Part shown: positions 40,801 to 52,800 of the stretch, in pieces
How positions within the stretch are numbered: the stretch's first letter is position 1
Layout: every line of letters starts with the position of its first letter
DNA from: Squalus acanthias
Taxonomy: Eukaryota
Reading direction: 5' to 3'
DNA length: 64,000 bases
Assembly: GCA_030390025.1 (NCBI GenBank)
Contig: CM059432.1
Span: forward strand, 40,922,001-40,986,000
Notes under the pieces: generated by a model
The model's input: the letters and a program-made list of their open reading frames with translations, nothing else
Told to the model about the DNA's origin: nothing
The model's database searches: none
Program-made: the position numbers and the translations under genes

Positions 40801-43800
40801 GCTATTGCAGCACAGGCGGAAGCAACCCAATGTCTTAGTGCTGCAGCACAAGATCAGACTACTCTCTTGCAGTTTCAGCTTGCTGCCACCCAAGCTCAGG
40901 CTGCTGCCATCGGCTGGGTTTACCACTGTCGAACGGGGTTGCCGGGTGTCGCAGCACCCGCAGCAATCTGATCTCCACCAGATTGTTTGGAATGTTGAGG
41001 CGCCATCCCAGGGCAGTAGCTGTGGGTCAGTGGAGCAGGACCCTGTTTCCCCCCTCAGAATGACAGCATTCCTATTCCCACCACAGCCACTCCGCCATTG
41101 CCCTTCCGCTGCCTGTCATCCAGCCAGCCCAGACTGCTGTCGTCACTTCATAGAGGAGCACCTGAACAGGAAAAGGCGCCCGAACAACAGGCACTAAGGG
41201 ATTGCTCAAGGGTGATTGGTTGATATAGTAGTTGTGAATTGATTCTTGATAAATTTAATAATTTGGTTTGGAATCTTTGTTTTGTGGTGGCTCTCATTTC
41301 AGCTTTGTGCCCAGGAGTACACTGTGACAGAGGGATGATATGATGAGGATGTGGTGAGCAATGGGGATCTGGGGTTTCATTCACTGGAATCGCAGTCTGA
41401 TGACTGCCCGTGCCGAAGGGGGATTTGCTGCCTGCCTCTTCCCTTCCTCCTCTTCTCCCTCTTCCTCTTCTTGAGGTGGTCCCGCAATCCCTACTGGCAA
41501 TCGCTGTGCTCTCATGATGGCCAACATGCAGCAGACCACCAAGTGCGAGTGGTCACGGCAGCGGAACCGGTGCTTCAGCAGGCCGATGGTCTGCTCGATG
41601 ATGTTCCTGGTGGCAGCATGGCTCTCGTTATGAGTGCTGGGCACGAGTGTTGAGGCTGCGGAGGGGAGTCATCAGCCAGGTGCAGAGTGGATATCCCTTG
41701 TCTCCGAGCAGCCACCGTCTGGTTTGACGTGGTGGCTGGAAGATTGCTGGCAGAGCGGACTGACGCAGGATGAAGGCATCATGACTGCTGCCAGGATAGC
41801 GGGCATTGACCATCAGGAAGCGCTGGGCTTGGTCGCACAACAACTGCACATTAAGTGAGTGGTAGCCTTTGTGGTTATGGAAGATCTCAGGATTGTTATG
41901 CCCACAAAGCCACGTGGGTGCAGTCGATTGCGCCCTGCACCATGGGGAAGCCCGCTATCCTGGCAAAGACACATGCGTGCTCATCTTTCTCTCTGCTCAG
42001 AGAAGAAAATGTAGTATCTTCTGGTGTAGTGAGCTTCAGTGACCTTCCAGATGCAGCGATGGACAGCGAACTGGAAGATGGTAGCTATGTCTCCTGCTGC
42101 AGACTGGAAGGATCCGCTGGCGAAGAAATTAAGGGCCACGGTGACCTTGAGAGCCACTGGGAGAACTGTGTTCGCCCTGCTCTGACGCTGCAGGTCTGGT
42201 TGCAGGAGGTGGCAGAGTTGTGTGGCCACCTCCTTGGTGAAGCGGAGCCTCCTAATACACTGCTCCACGCTTAAGTGGATATAAGAGACGTGCTCTCTGA
42301 AGACCCTCGGTGGGGTAAGTCCTCCTGTTGAGAGCCCTCCTCCCTCTGCGAGCATCTTCTCTTTGCTGCCTCCACTCCCTAAGATATTCAAGTGCGAGAT
42401 AGACTGCCAGTACAGACCCCATGACTGAGCAGAAGCCTTCTAAATAAGAATGAAAGCATTCTCCACTTGCCCCAACACTCCCTGTTACCTTAGGACCTTG
42501 AAAGAAGTTTAGAAAGCTGCTGGAGTTGCAGAAGGTTCCACAGAGCCATTCAAACTGAAGAAACATCTCAGCTGCAAGTTTTGCTGATGATCCCTTTAAA
42601 TAACGCTGCTGGAGCCTCCTTCCTGTTTGTCAACGCTTGCTCAGCTGGTCGCAATTAATGCCGGTAAGTGGAGCGGCGAAGTTGAAAATGGCAGATCGGG
42701 CGTCAAGTGAGCGTTGCACACTCACTGACGTCACGATCTGCATAATCTCCATAATTTTCGCGAATGAGCCCAGCCGAAAATGGCTGCCGCTGAGGGATGC
42801 GCTGGCAGTGGGTGGAAATGCGGCGGCTGCCATTTTCTCCCCCCCCAAATTGGGCGGTAATGGCCGTGCTAAACCCCCGAATTTCTAGGCCATTGTACTT
42901 TATTTATTGCAGTTGTCTGTGGAAAACTTTTTTTGATTTATATCTTATTTAAAAATGTTATATAGAATAAAGATAATAATTAAAAGCAAAATAGACATTG
43001 CATTTACTAGTATGCTTTGGAAGTGGTGATAATTTCATGGTTCTAAAGATATTGGGCCATAATTTGCTGCAGTCGGGCATCCAACGGCGTCTGCTATTAG
43101 TTGGACTTGCCCTTGCAAGTTTAGGTTTTTAGATCTTCGCGTGGCAAGTTGCTGAATGTGAGAGCTCATAACATCACAACGAAGAAAACAGGCATCTGGG
43201 ACCTGAGTGAACAGGGAAAGCAACTTTATATCTCCTTAACCAATCAGTTTGAAGGATTGTGAAATTAACAGTGCAAGGACTGAGAAGGAAGTGTAACTGA
43301 GAGTGGTTGAATTCAATATCAAATGAGGTGCAGAAAGAGACGGAAAGAAAGATTGGATTGAGAGAGAAAAGAGACGGAAAGGAAAAGTTTTTAAAAAAGT
43401 GGAAATCTAAAATTTTACAATTTTAAAATCTCCAAGAACAATTCAAACCTGATGTAATGAGACTCCACACTTGTACTAGTTAATTTCCAATGCCAGAGAT
43501 GTTGACTGGCAGTAATTAACACTTATCACGTTGTTAAAAGGATACTTAGACTGAAATAGACAAGACTTTCTGTAGAATGTTTAGTTCATATCTACCACGC
43601 AAATACATCAACTTCATGTTATTCAATGGATTTCAGTGGTGAGGCAGAGATTGAGATGTTTTTGTGGAGCGGTCCATCTCGGACAGCAACGTTTGGATTT
43701 TTGAATTTAACCACACATCTGCCCTTTGCCTGAAGTTGCTGTAGCATTTGCGCATAAATAACAGCGAATGCCACTACCTTCACCATTATTTTGACAGAAA

Positions 43801-46800
43801 ATTCTGGACCTATGTTTTGCTAACTGCAACTAATTCATTTCCTCCGTTTTGTTCCTAGCAGTGAAAATTAATTCCACAGTTTTAGTTTACCCCTGTCAGT
43901 ATAATTGCAGGTATTACACACTCATGCCATTTCCCCAATTATCAAACCTCACCATTAACTTAAGAGAAACATCCTTTTCAACACTTTCAGATCTGGAACT
44001 GTCAAGCTAGAAGAAGTTTTGTGGTGGGGCTTTATCCACACCAGCAATAAACAGTGTGTGGTATTAATACAGCTAATGTAAACCAAATTTCTTCAAAAAT
44101 GTGGAATTTTAATCTATCATTCCTAAAATGGATTTGAATTACACTCTTCAGAGATAATGGGCAGTGGACAATATCATTTATTTTAATTTTTAAAGCAAGG
44201 TATGTGTTTGATTTTTATTTTCCTCGGAAATAACTTGGTATTTCTTTCACTAGGTCAGCAGAAAGATCTTAAGTGGAACCTTGCAGTTATTCAGTTGTTT
44301 TCTGCGGAAGGAATGGACATATTTATTCGAATTCTACAAAAACTAAACAGTGTCCTAATACTACCCTGGAGACTGCATGCAAATATGGGAACTACATTGC
44401 AGAGGATTATGATTCTTTCCATCACAAGATGCACCCTTTCCCTTTTAAAGGCTATGCTGACAGAACTTCTGAGGGGAGGGTCTTTTGAATTTAAGGATGT
44501 ACGAGTTCCTACAGTACTGGTTACCCTCCACATGGTCCTTTGCTCCATACCTCTGTCCGGGCGACTGGATGATGAAGAGCAAAAGATTCAAAATGACATC
44601 GTTGATATTCTACTTACTTTTACTCAAGGAGTCAATGAGCAGGTCACTTATTCTGAGGAGTCTTTGGCAAACAACACATGGTCATTAATGTTAAAGGAAG
44701 TCCTTTCCTTTGTACTGAAAACACCAGAAGGATTTTTCTCTGGAATGTTGCTGCTTTCAGAACTCTTGCCTTTTCCACTGCCCATGCAAACCACACAGGT
44801 GAGATTCAGTCTCTAAACGTGCCCTCAAATATCTCGTGATTATTGAATCTCTGCCAGTGGTGCACAGATCATTATGTCTGTATATTACTGACAATTTTAT
44901 ATGAGAAATGACCCATCTGGATAGAAAATATCATTTTACTCAGGAACCTTGTTCACTTAGAAATCCTCTAAGACAAATCTTAAATGGAATCAATATATGA
45001 AACATTGAGACATATAGTATAGCCTATATTGACCTCAAACCTAATAACTAAAATAAATTAAATCTTTATACTTTCCAAATAAGAACCAGGCCACTGTCCT
45101 GTTGCTCTGTCATTGACCTTTATGGCCCTCATTGGGTGAGTTCAGAAGGGATTGGTTGTCTTGCAAATGGTTGATGTCCAGTGAAAAGGAGAAGACGACT
45201 GAGCCATTCTGAGAAAGTTGAAGTGGAGTTAAACGGGATCATAAGTGATGGCCACACAGAAGCTGAAGGACAGACTGTTGTTGTCTTCTAGCTAAAGGAG
45301 GATCACAGTGGTAAGGGAGAGAGTAACAAGTAAAAGTAATTAAGATCACTTTATGATCCTTTTAGTAACTTTATAGAAATTAATATTGAGACCTTGTCTG
45401 CAATTCTAAAGTGTGCTATATTACTTATTAGATTTATAGGAAAGCAAATATGTATTTGCCTCTGAGTCTTAGTTTAGTGGACCAGGTGGTGGAAGTTCTC
45501 TTAAAGGAACTTTGAGGTGAGTAAATGAATGATGCGTTCTTACTCCTACATTAGACTACTTTGTTCATTCTGGTGATGTAATCACAATTAGAGGGCAACG
45601 CATTAGAATCCTGTGTCTATCCATTTTAGTAGACATTTTAAAATGCCAAGGCATCTAGAGCATGCGTATGTATGTGTTTCAGCAAATGTTCAGCGGGAAC
45701 AAAAAAGAAAATCGGAGATGGTAAATGAACCGTCAGCAAAATCAAAGGTTCAGTAACTTTATCCAATGAATAGTTGCCCCATATAGACTGAGAAAGTTCC
45801 TGATTTGATACCTGGTCAGTGCTGGTTAGCAGTTTACAGTTGGAATGGTGGTAATACAGTTAGCCTCAACACCCTGTTTTAGGGTGGGGAATATTGATCA
45901 TGGTTTCTGCTCCTTATTAACTAGAGGCGTTTTCTGGAAATTAATGTATGTGGTTTCCAGCTGTGGACAGGATCAGGCTTGAATGTGACTCCCCCATAGT
46001 TGAATAGCACAGAACACTTGCTGTTGAGGCTCACACATGAAAAATGGCAATTTTGGCAAGGCCTTGGAGGGTGGTCTGCACTAGTGGAATTGCTTTGGGG
46101 TGGGGTGGGGTGAGGCGGGGAGGGGGTTTGAAATGGGCAAGAAAGGAGAATTTAAAAGAATCCTTGATTCTCAATGCTGTGACGTGGTTAGAATTAGTAT
46201 GTAGTCTGCTAATTTTGTTCATAGGACTCCTTGGATGTAATTGTGATTGTCAAAGGAATATTCCAGTTAAATCCATATTCTACAATAGCCTTGTTCTTGA
46301 GTACTCATCCGACAATTACACGCATTATCACTAAATTACATTTTTAAAGCTGACCATGAAGTGGCTGACTTTCTGATTGGATACATAATTTTACTGATGC
46401 TGCTTGGTGTAGAAACATAATGGCCTGTTTCTGAACTTTGGTTCACAGCACCTCTGATTGCTCCTGGTGTACAACAGGGCATACTGAGAGCTGAGGTTCA
46501 GGGATGCCTCTGTGCCTGAGCCTTAATGTTGAAAAAATTATAGCTTGATTGTCAGCCACTACCTTGTAAGATTGAATATTTTTAAATTAGTCACAGTGGT
46601 GTTTTTGGTAGATATGCATAGTAAGAACTTACCTTTGAGTATTTATTTCAATGTGAACCAAAGAGAAATACAGTAACAGAGAACTGGTGTCGAGGTAAGT
46701 AAACAGTTATTCTTTTTTCTTTTAAACAGTTTTCCAATATCCTCTCCTTTTCTTCCTCTGTTGAGTATGGTTCTATGCCTCCCCACAGTCCTCCGTAGCT

Positions 46801-49800
46801 CATCCAATTGCCATTATTTATACATAAGTCTCGATGATGAATGTTGATAAGCCATTCAACCCTGTGGCATCACCATCAAACTTGATTCAGTCCTCGCTTG
46901 ATTCCTAAACATGCATATTTTAAGCAGGAGTCACTGTTTAGCAATTAGGAAAGGAAACCCTGTCTAATGTTTCTTCATACTCTCTGCCTATGGAATATTG
47001 TGTCCAATAGTAATTCCTGCAGTGTTGCCCCAGCTGAGAGCTGCCGCAGCAGAGACATGGAATTAAACCGAGAGTTTGTGGCACAGTACCACATCATGTG
47101 GTTTATTTACTCACTGAGGCATCACAGGATCTTAAAATTGCCTTTATTGTGAGGACATATTTGAAATTTCAAATCAACAAAGTACTCTCTGTTAATAGCT
47201 GTAATGAATCTTCCAGAGTATTTTACCCAGGAATAGCGTCTAGCTAAGCCTTCTCCTTCAGTCACCGCTCTGTTTCTTAATCCAGCATAGCCTCTGGCTC
47301 AATAGCCACTTTGATAAAGTATTCCATATTCTAATAGCCATCTGTAGGAAAACATTTCTTTGGTTGTTAATTCTTTATTCTTCTCATGAGGATTATGAGT
47401 TTGTTCCCCAAATGTTGCTCAATTTTTCATTATATTTTTTAATCTTGAAAATCTCTATTGGATTCTCTCCCCCCCCCCCCTTTTAATTGTCTCTCTAAGT
47501 TTAAAAAAAAGGCCTACATTTTCAAGCCTTTTGTCATAACTATAACTGCTCATTCCTGGTAATTAATGTATCCTGGTAATTAAATCTTGGTATTAATGGT
47601 ACAGTGAATAGTATATGAACATTTTATTTCATCCTTGCAGTAAAATTCTGAACAAATTTTCAGTACAATCCCCACCATTTACGCCGTCCGCGCTTATTGC
47701 AGACAGCTGCCTATATCAGGTAAATGGCGCTAACCATTTGCCATCGCCATAGGCGTCAAATACAAAGGCGCCGCTTGAAATCTATTAAGTGCGTTGACTA
47801 TTTTGGCCAGTTCAAGCAGAATAATTCTTTGCCTCAGCTGTTCGCACCTCGTTAAAATGCAATTACCATTAAGTCCTTTCCTGGTTCTTGGTGACCCTTT
47901 CACGATTACATTATTTAAGGACAAGAGTAAAATGACTGCTCATTTATGATGACTGCATAATTGGAACTGCTTGTACTCTTTCAAATATGCAACGGCAGCA
48001 TCACCGCCTCCAGTCCCCACTGGGACCTCTCGAATGGCTGCAGCCCTTCTTGCCGACTTGTTGAGCTCCTCGTCATTGCAGGGGATGATGCACAACTTCT
48101 TGTTGTCTGCGTTGCCCACCAGCTCCAGGATCTTGGCCGTAGGGTACTCAAGGACCTTTCTCGCACGGGTTTTGGAAGGATGCGCGTACCCTTTTGAATC
48201 AAAGTGCTCTTTTAAAATTTCTCGGTTACAGCGTCCACCGTGTATAGTGTCAAATCACATTGACACCAACACGCCCATTATAAATGGTAGGGAATGTATT
48301 TTGTGTTATTTTGATGTTTTTAACCAATACCTGGATGGCCTCCCATTTTCCACCCTCTGTAAACTTGAGCTCATCCAAAACTCTGCTGCCCATATCCTAA
48401 CTTGCACCATCACCCCTCTGCTCACTGACCTACATTGGCTGTCGGTCCACCAATGGCTCAAATTTTAAATGTTCATCTTTGTATTCAAATCCCTCCATGG
48501 CCTTGCCACTCCCTATCTTGGTAACCTCCTACAGCTCCACAATCCTCCAAGAACTCTGCGTTCCTCCAATTCTGACCTTTTGTGCATCCCCGACTTCTTT
48601 CGCCCCACTATTGGCAACTGTGCCATCAGCTGTCTAGGCCCTAAACTCTGAAACTCCATCCCTAAACCTCTCCACCTCTCTCTCCTTTAAGATGCTGCTT
48701 TAAACCTAACCCTTTAACCAGGCCGTCAGGTAATTGAGAACCTTTCTCGGATGGTCCTAATGTCGTCTTCTTTGGCTGTCAATTTCTTTGTCTGATTATA
48801 TGCCTATGAAGTGCCTTGGGACGTTTTACTTCGTTAAAGGCGCTATGTAAAAGCAAGTTGTTGTAGTATTCTTCAAGAATAATTTCAGCATAAAACAGAA
48901 TGGCGACTCTTACTGGTTGGCTGATGAGGCTGAGTAAAATGAGATTTAAAATACTTTTATTTTTAAAGTAATTGCAAGGGTGGCAATATCTGCAGTGTTC
49001 TGATGATGAGGTATATTTTGCGCTCTAAGTCACAAAAGTGACCAAATGTGTGATCTTGCTTGAAACCAAAGGCTTGTTCATTTGTAAAGCTGTTGCGATG
49101 ATGTTTGCACCTATAGGGTTAGTGGTGTATCATTTTAACTTGTAAGTGTGGCTAATATTTCTCTATTCTATGTATAACCACAAAAATGTTATATTGCTTG
49201 ACAGCCGATTTCAGCAGAAGGTATAGCTATTGCACTGAACACCCGAAAACTGTGGAGCATTCACCTTCAAATGCAAGCAAAGTTTCTGCAAGAAATAGTA
49301 CGTTCCAGCTTTGGATCCACCTGCCACCCTCTACAACAGATACTCAGGCGTGTGTGCATACAACTGTGTGATCTGGCTTCTCCCACAGCTCTCCTTATCC
49401 TGAGGACTGTATTAGATCTAATTGTAGAAGAATTGAGCAGGTAATCATTTTTTTGAGCTCCAGGCAGTTTTGCAGTTTTACCTGATTTATGGTACTGTCA
49501 CTTTTCAGGGTTTGTTTTCTGGAAGTTTGCTGAAGAATTTTTTATAGTTTTAAAAAAGTTTTAAAACCAGCAAGTTTGATTTGGAAGACAAAATAGAACA
49601 TGTAAGCAGCTCAATAATTTTTATATGACCAGCATAATTCTATTTGTTTGAACAGGGAGCCTTTTTTATACAAATAAGTAATTCTTTGTTGTATTACTCA
49701 AATAATTTCTATCTCACAGTCCTTTAGAAGGGAAAGAGAAGCCCCTCACTGCCCACACTGCACGTCTGCTTGCACTGCTGGATTCTTTAGCTTCACATGG

Positions 49801-52800
49801 AGCTTGCAAGGCTGCCCTGCTGCATCTTTTAAGTGGAACCAGCAAAGGTGATGAGAGATTTGCAGAGGTATTTCAAGGGATGCTGGAATTGCTGCGGACA
49901 GTGGCTGACAATGTACATCACCAGCATTGTGCTGAATATGTTGCTTCTTTTGTGCAGTCCCTCTGTGACCAGGTAATTTTTTATTTAAAAAGTTAATCTT
50001 TGCCTCATCTCGCTTTTAGATTAATTTTATACATTTACAGAAACAAAATCCTTCTCTCAATGTTTGCAAAAATGCCCAGTTGCCATGAAACTAATACAGA
50101 CCTTTACCTTCATGTAGCTGAGCCTGCGATAGTGACACGGCAGTATTCGCAACTGCTGACAGAACTAAATACCAGACACGTATCCTTGTAAAAGGGCTTT
50201 TGTATTCTGTGTTTCTCATTGAATCTCTCAGTAGCATAAAGGAAAGTTTAAAAAGTGACTTGTGAATAGTGGGCTAGCTTCTTCTGTTCATTAAACTTGT
50301 CACTCTTTATTTGAAATATAGATTTAATTTTATAACAATGTGGGTGTGGTATTCTTAAGAGCAGCGTCTTTGGCAGGGGCAAACTCATTCTAGTGAAGTG
50401 AGTACAAATATTTCTGGTCTGGCATTTTGCAGGGTAAATATTTCCCAAAGGTAAAACCTAGACAGTTTCTTTCACTAACATATTGGTTTGAATCTGTATT
50501 TCTATAAACAGAACACACCGATTCTGACAAAACTGAATACCTGCAAGTCAAGAATGTAATGTAGAAGAAAATTTCAAATGCTGACTTACATTTACACATC
50601 CATATCGGTTCTAATCTAGTGAAAACAAGTGCAGATCAGTGCTCACATGATAGCTCTCCAAGCATAGTAAAATCTCTAGAATAGCTGCAGGGAAAGGCAA
50701 TAATCTATTGTAATAAAAATGTTGATTTTTAACAATATACAGTAATATGCACTTGGCTCTGGTACCCAGGGGCGTAAATAATGCCAACAGGAAATCTGTT
50801 GGTGCCGGGCTTCAAACAAGAAACTTCTGAGTTGGAAACTGCTGAGATTAAATTATTAAGTTTTCCAAAGGTTCATTGGTAGGGTACGGAAGCATAGTGG
50901 TTATGTCATTGGACTAGTAATCCAGAGGCCTGGACTAATGATCCGGAGACAAGAGTTCAAATCCCACCATGGCAACTGGGAAATTTAAATTCAGTTAATT
51001 AAACAAGCTTTTTATTCCAGATTTATATCAGTAATGGTGATCATGAAAATACTGGATTGTTGTAAAAACCCATCTGGTTCACTAATGTCCTTTAGGGAAG
51101 GAAATCTGCCGTCCTTACCTGGTCTATATGTGACTCCAGACCCACAGCAACATGGTTGACTCTTAACTGCCCTCTGAAATGGCCTAGCAAGCCACTCAGT
51201 TGTACCAAACCGCTACTGCAGCGGTTCACTACCACCTCAAGGGCAATTAGGGATGGGCAATAAATGCTGGCCTTGTCAGAGACGCCCATATCCCATGAAC
51301 GAATAAAAAAGAACAAGATTCATTGTTGTGCTGTGAAAATAGAATGCTTACATATGAAGCCAGCAGAATTTCTGGTGCTGGTAATAGCTGTTCAGTGTTA
51401 CTTAACTGATATGGTCCTGTGACCCTGAAGCAGGTGACCATTGGGCTCTTTCTTTGTGGTTTTCAATATAAGTGAAAACAGTAGGGAAATTAAATTTAAC
51501 TGAACATGAGATTGATTTGAATTTCTCTGATTGCAGCTGCTTCAAAATTCCAAAATACTGGGAACTAGGTATTAGAGAGTTACTTAAACACTGCCCTTTA
51601 ATTTCTGGAACCTGACTTCAGTCCAGCCTAGCCCAGGCTGATGGTATCCATGTCTCTTCTGTCAGCTTGTTGTAAGAGTCCTGGATAAAATGAGTTTGGG
51701 CAGTCTCAGTCAGTATGTAGTGGCTGTGGGCCTAAAGCACAAAACTGCCCCTAATTTGGCACCAACCAGCAATCATTCAGAGACTACAGGATGTCTTGTG
51801 TGGAAAATAGGAAAATATTGCACTGATGCACTGAGCAATGCTTCCCTAATGTTGGAACAGAGGCACAATGTTGGGGCAGAGTAGAGGGAACTTTACACTG
51901 CAACTAACCTGTGATTCCTTGATGCTGACTATCCCAGCAGAAACATCACTCCTCTTTATGAACACAAAACTCAAGCAAAACAAAAGTCTTCCTGGGTTAT
52001 ATAGCTCTTCCCCATAAGACTGAATCTATTCTAGACTACAGCTGATTTACCGGCTTATAAATTGTCATCTATTAAAAATCTATTTGAAGATATGTCATAT
52101 TTTAGAAGAACGTGTAATGTGAGCAATCACTTGTACGAGAATAGTGTTGAAAATGTCGATCCGTTTGTATAAATACGAATTCATAGACTATACTGGAAGG
52201 CTTTCATAAAGAAACTAACTTGAGGTTTCGCTCTGTATTTGTTTTCAAAATGGATTACGTGAAGTTATCACACTTATCAGGTAAACATTTGGACAACTCG
52301 GCTTCCTTGTCGATTTTGTAGGTCTGTATTGAAGTGGTATGTTAAGCCTGGAGGGAAGGTGGAAGAAAGGGAGAACAACTGCCATTCCCTGCAAGACTGT
52401 TTGGAAAAACATAAAATTGTTCATAATTTCTTAGTTGTGCCAATCCAAAAACAAGATGTTCTGGTTGGAAAAGACCCACTTAGAAGATAAATCCAGTTTA
52501 TCTTTGATCAGCTGCTATTCTTCTGATCAAGGGTCAGTCCTCCCTGGTTCTGAATACTGGTCCCTATGCAACAAAAGCCCTTTGAAGTTCAGTTCTAGCT
52601 TCAAAAAATAAGAATTGATTTTTTTTGTTTTTAAAAAAACACCTTTTAAGAATATAAATTTGGTTATTTCTTCAGTTGTGGTTATTAGTTCACTCTCCAA
52701 TGTGGAGGATTAATAGATTCTTTTCACTTGAGTATGACATTTTAAATTATGGCCTGTAATGCAAGTTGAAACAAAGACCAGCCTATGGTGTTGTGATACT

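Larger units (their letters stand above)
39123..42891. mobile_element. Full-length but decayed PIF/Harbinger DNA transposon
   Basis: TIRs ggcctaggaattgg (39123) / ccgaatttctaggcc (to 42891); convergent Myb/SANT and DDE transposase genes; TSD not clean (ttc/att). Confidence 0.92.

Noticed and set aside
41381..42422. Domesticated HARBI1 host gene
   Set aside because: Multiple stops and frameshifts, and enclosed by TIRs; a transposon copy.
47971..48468. 165-aa plus-strand ORF
   Set aside because: Chance fusion of the antisense H2A fragment with an L2 remnant.
50877..50970. tRNA gene
   Set aside because: Only an A/B-box-like SINE head; no cloverleaf, and it continues into a SINE body.
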